Part shown: positions 46,390 through 47,451 of the stretch, piece by piece
How the letters are laid out: each line of letters begins with the position of its first letter
How positions within the stretch are numbered: the stretch's first letter is position 1
NCBI GenBank assembly: GCA_016866935.1
Contig: VGKS01000002.1
Coordinates: forward strand, 1-47,451
DNA length: 47,451 nucleotides
DNA from: Candidatus Pacearchaeota archaeon
GTDB taxonomy: Archaea > Nanobdellota > Nanobdellia > Pacearchaeales > GW2011-AR1
Direction: 5' to 3'
Notes under the pieces: model-generated
What the model saw: only the letters and a program-made list of their open reading frames with translations
Told to the model about the DNA's origin: nothing
The model's database searches: none
Position numbers and translations under genes: made by a program

Positions 46390-47148
46390 ATGAAACTTCT
46401 ATCCTGGAACGTAAACGGAATTCGCTCAATAATAAAAAAAGATTCTATTAAAAATATTGAAAAAGAAAACCCTGACATAATATGCTTGCAAGAAATAAAA
46501 GCCAATCAAGACCAAGTAGACAAAATCTTTGAAGGCTACGAGAACCATATATGGAACTCTGCAGAAAAGAAAGGCTATTCAGGAACCGCCATATTCAGTA
46601 AAATTAAACCTTTATCGGTAAAGTTTGGAAAAGAATTACTTGAAGATAATGAGGGCAGAGTTATTGTAGCAGAGTTCAATCATTTCTTTTTAGTAAATGT
46701 TTACACTCCAAATTCTCAAAGAGGTCTATTAAGACTAAAAGAAAGATTAGTTTGGGATAAGAAATTCTTAGCCTTAATGAAAAGTCTTGAAAATAAAAAA
46801 CCAGTTGTATTCTGTGGAGACTTAAATGTGGCACATAAAGAAATTGATATTGCAAGACCAAAAGACAATGTAAAAAACGCAGGTTTCACTCCAGAAGAAA
46901 GAGCAAGTTTTGACAATTACATAAGTCATGGATTCATAGATTCATTCAGACACTTTAATCCAAATGCTAAAGACAGCTATACTTGGTGGAGTCCTATGCA
47001 TAATGCAAGATCAAAGAACATAGGTTGGAGAATAGACTATTTCTGCATTTCAAATTCATTAAAGAGTAATTTAACTTCTGCACATATTTTAAAAGAAATT
47101 AATGGAAGCGATCATTGTCCAATTTCGATAAACTTAAAGTTCAATTGA
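46390..47148 (+). CDS. xth: Exodeoxyribonuclease III / AP endonuclease
   Basis: SWNVNGIR, LQEIK, GYSG, YTPNS, GDLNVAH, GWRIDY, SDHCP. Confidence 0.97.
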   Translation: MKLLSWNVNGIRSIIKKDSIKNIEKENPDIICLQEIKANQDQVDKIFEGYENHIWNSAEKKGYSGTAIFSKIKPLSVKFGKELLEDNEGRVIVAEFNHFFLVNVYTPNSQRGLLRLKERLVWDKKFLALMKSLENKKPVVFCGDLNVAHKEIDIARPKDNVKNAGFTPEERASFDNYISHGFIDSFRHFNPNAKDSYTWWSPMHNARSKNIGWRIDYFCISNSLKSNLTSAHILKEINGSDHCPISINLKFN

Positions 47149-47451
47149 GATTACAACCAGAAATCTTAATCAATTCTTCAAAGTTTTTAACTCCATAAAC
47201 TATTTGTTTTCCTATCTGCCAAGCAGGAACTCCCCCTTCAGGGCACTCTTGAGCCTTCTCACACAATATTGTATTGATATTATCTTTTGCATTTCCAAAC
47301 AATTCAAGTTGAGACTCACAATCAGGGCATGTCCTAGAAGTGTAAAGAACAGCATTCTTTTCATTTAAACAAGTAGCAAGCTTTTCTTTCTCGTCTTCTC
47401 CCAATACATACCCAGTAGTTTTAGAAAACCAATCTGAAAAATAGTAAAGAC
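47141..47451 (-). CDS. Membrane-anchored thioredoxin/glutaredoxin-fold protein (partial, 5' end off window); paralogue of 4272..4691
   Basis: LATCL...LY....CPDCESQLELFG...VPAWQI...ISGC; frame open to the window edge. Confidence 0.8.
   Translation of the reverse strand, partial: LYYFSDWFSKTTGYVLGEDEKEKLATCLNEKNAVLYTSRTCPDCESQLELFGNAKDNINTILCEKAQECPEGGVPAWQIGKQIVYGVKNFEELIKISGCNLN

Noticed and set aside
554-46916. Many 60-180 aa ORFs antisense to, or nested in, long genes (for example 17836..18366, 31091..31627, 42175..42594)
   Set aside because: They are shadow frames of well-supported genes, with no motifs or promoter space.
1-47451. Alternative genetic code or stop-codon readthrough
   Set aside because: Conserved genes translate fully with code 11 and end at TAA, TAG or TGA. 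The broken genes are frame shifts, not in-frame stops.

Overview
AT-rich archaeal chromosomal DNA, standard genetic code 11. It most likely comes from a reduced-genome DPANN archaeon (Pacearchaeota/Woesearchaeota-like). The evidence is archaeal EF-1a, EF-2, NusA, DnaG and RNAP subunits, a fused RpoA'A'', and TATA-like boxes about 25-30 nt before most start codons. The core is a minus-strand rpoH-rpoB-rpoA'A''-nusA-rps12-rps7-fusA...tuf cluster. It lacks rpl30e and rps10 at their usual positions and has small ORFans inserted into it, one of them CsrA-like. The window also holds rnhB, a divergent purA, an Smc-type ATPase with a central CPLC motif instead of a visible hinge, dnaG, yjjX, class II nrdJ, a PD-(D/E)XK nuclease, iscS, xth, trxA, a VKOR/Trx/CcdA/DoxX cluster, surface proteins and three tRNAs (Ser-GCT, iMet-CAT, Lys-CTT). 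The most notable observations are: (1) uS12 has both conserved decoding-site loops rewritten and is translationally coupled to novel beta-rich/CsrA-like genes; (2) the hook-type Smc; (3) a small structured element bounded by a duplicated tRNA-Lys 3' end; (4) a PurA with altered substrate motifs; (5) five frameshifted accessory genes beside intact core genes; (6) structured leaders before nusA and dnaG. All family calls come from motif recognition by eye; no searches were run.
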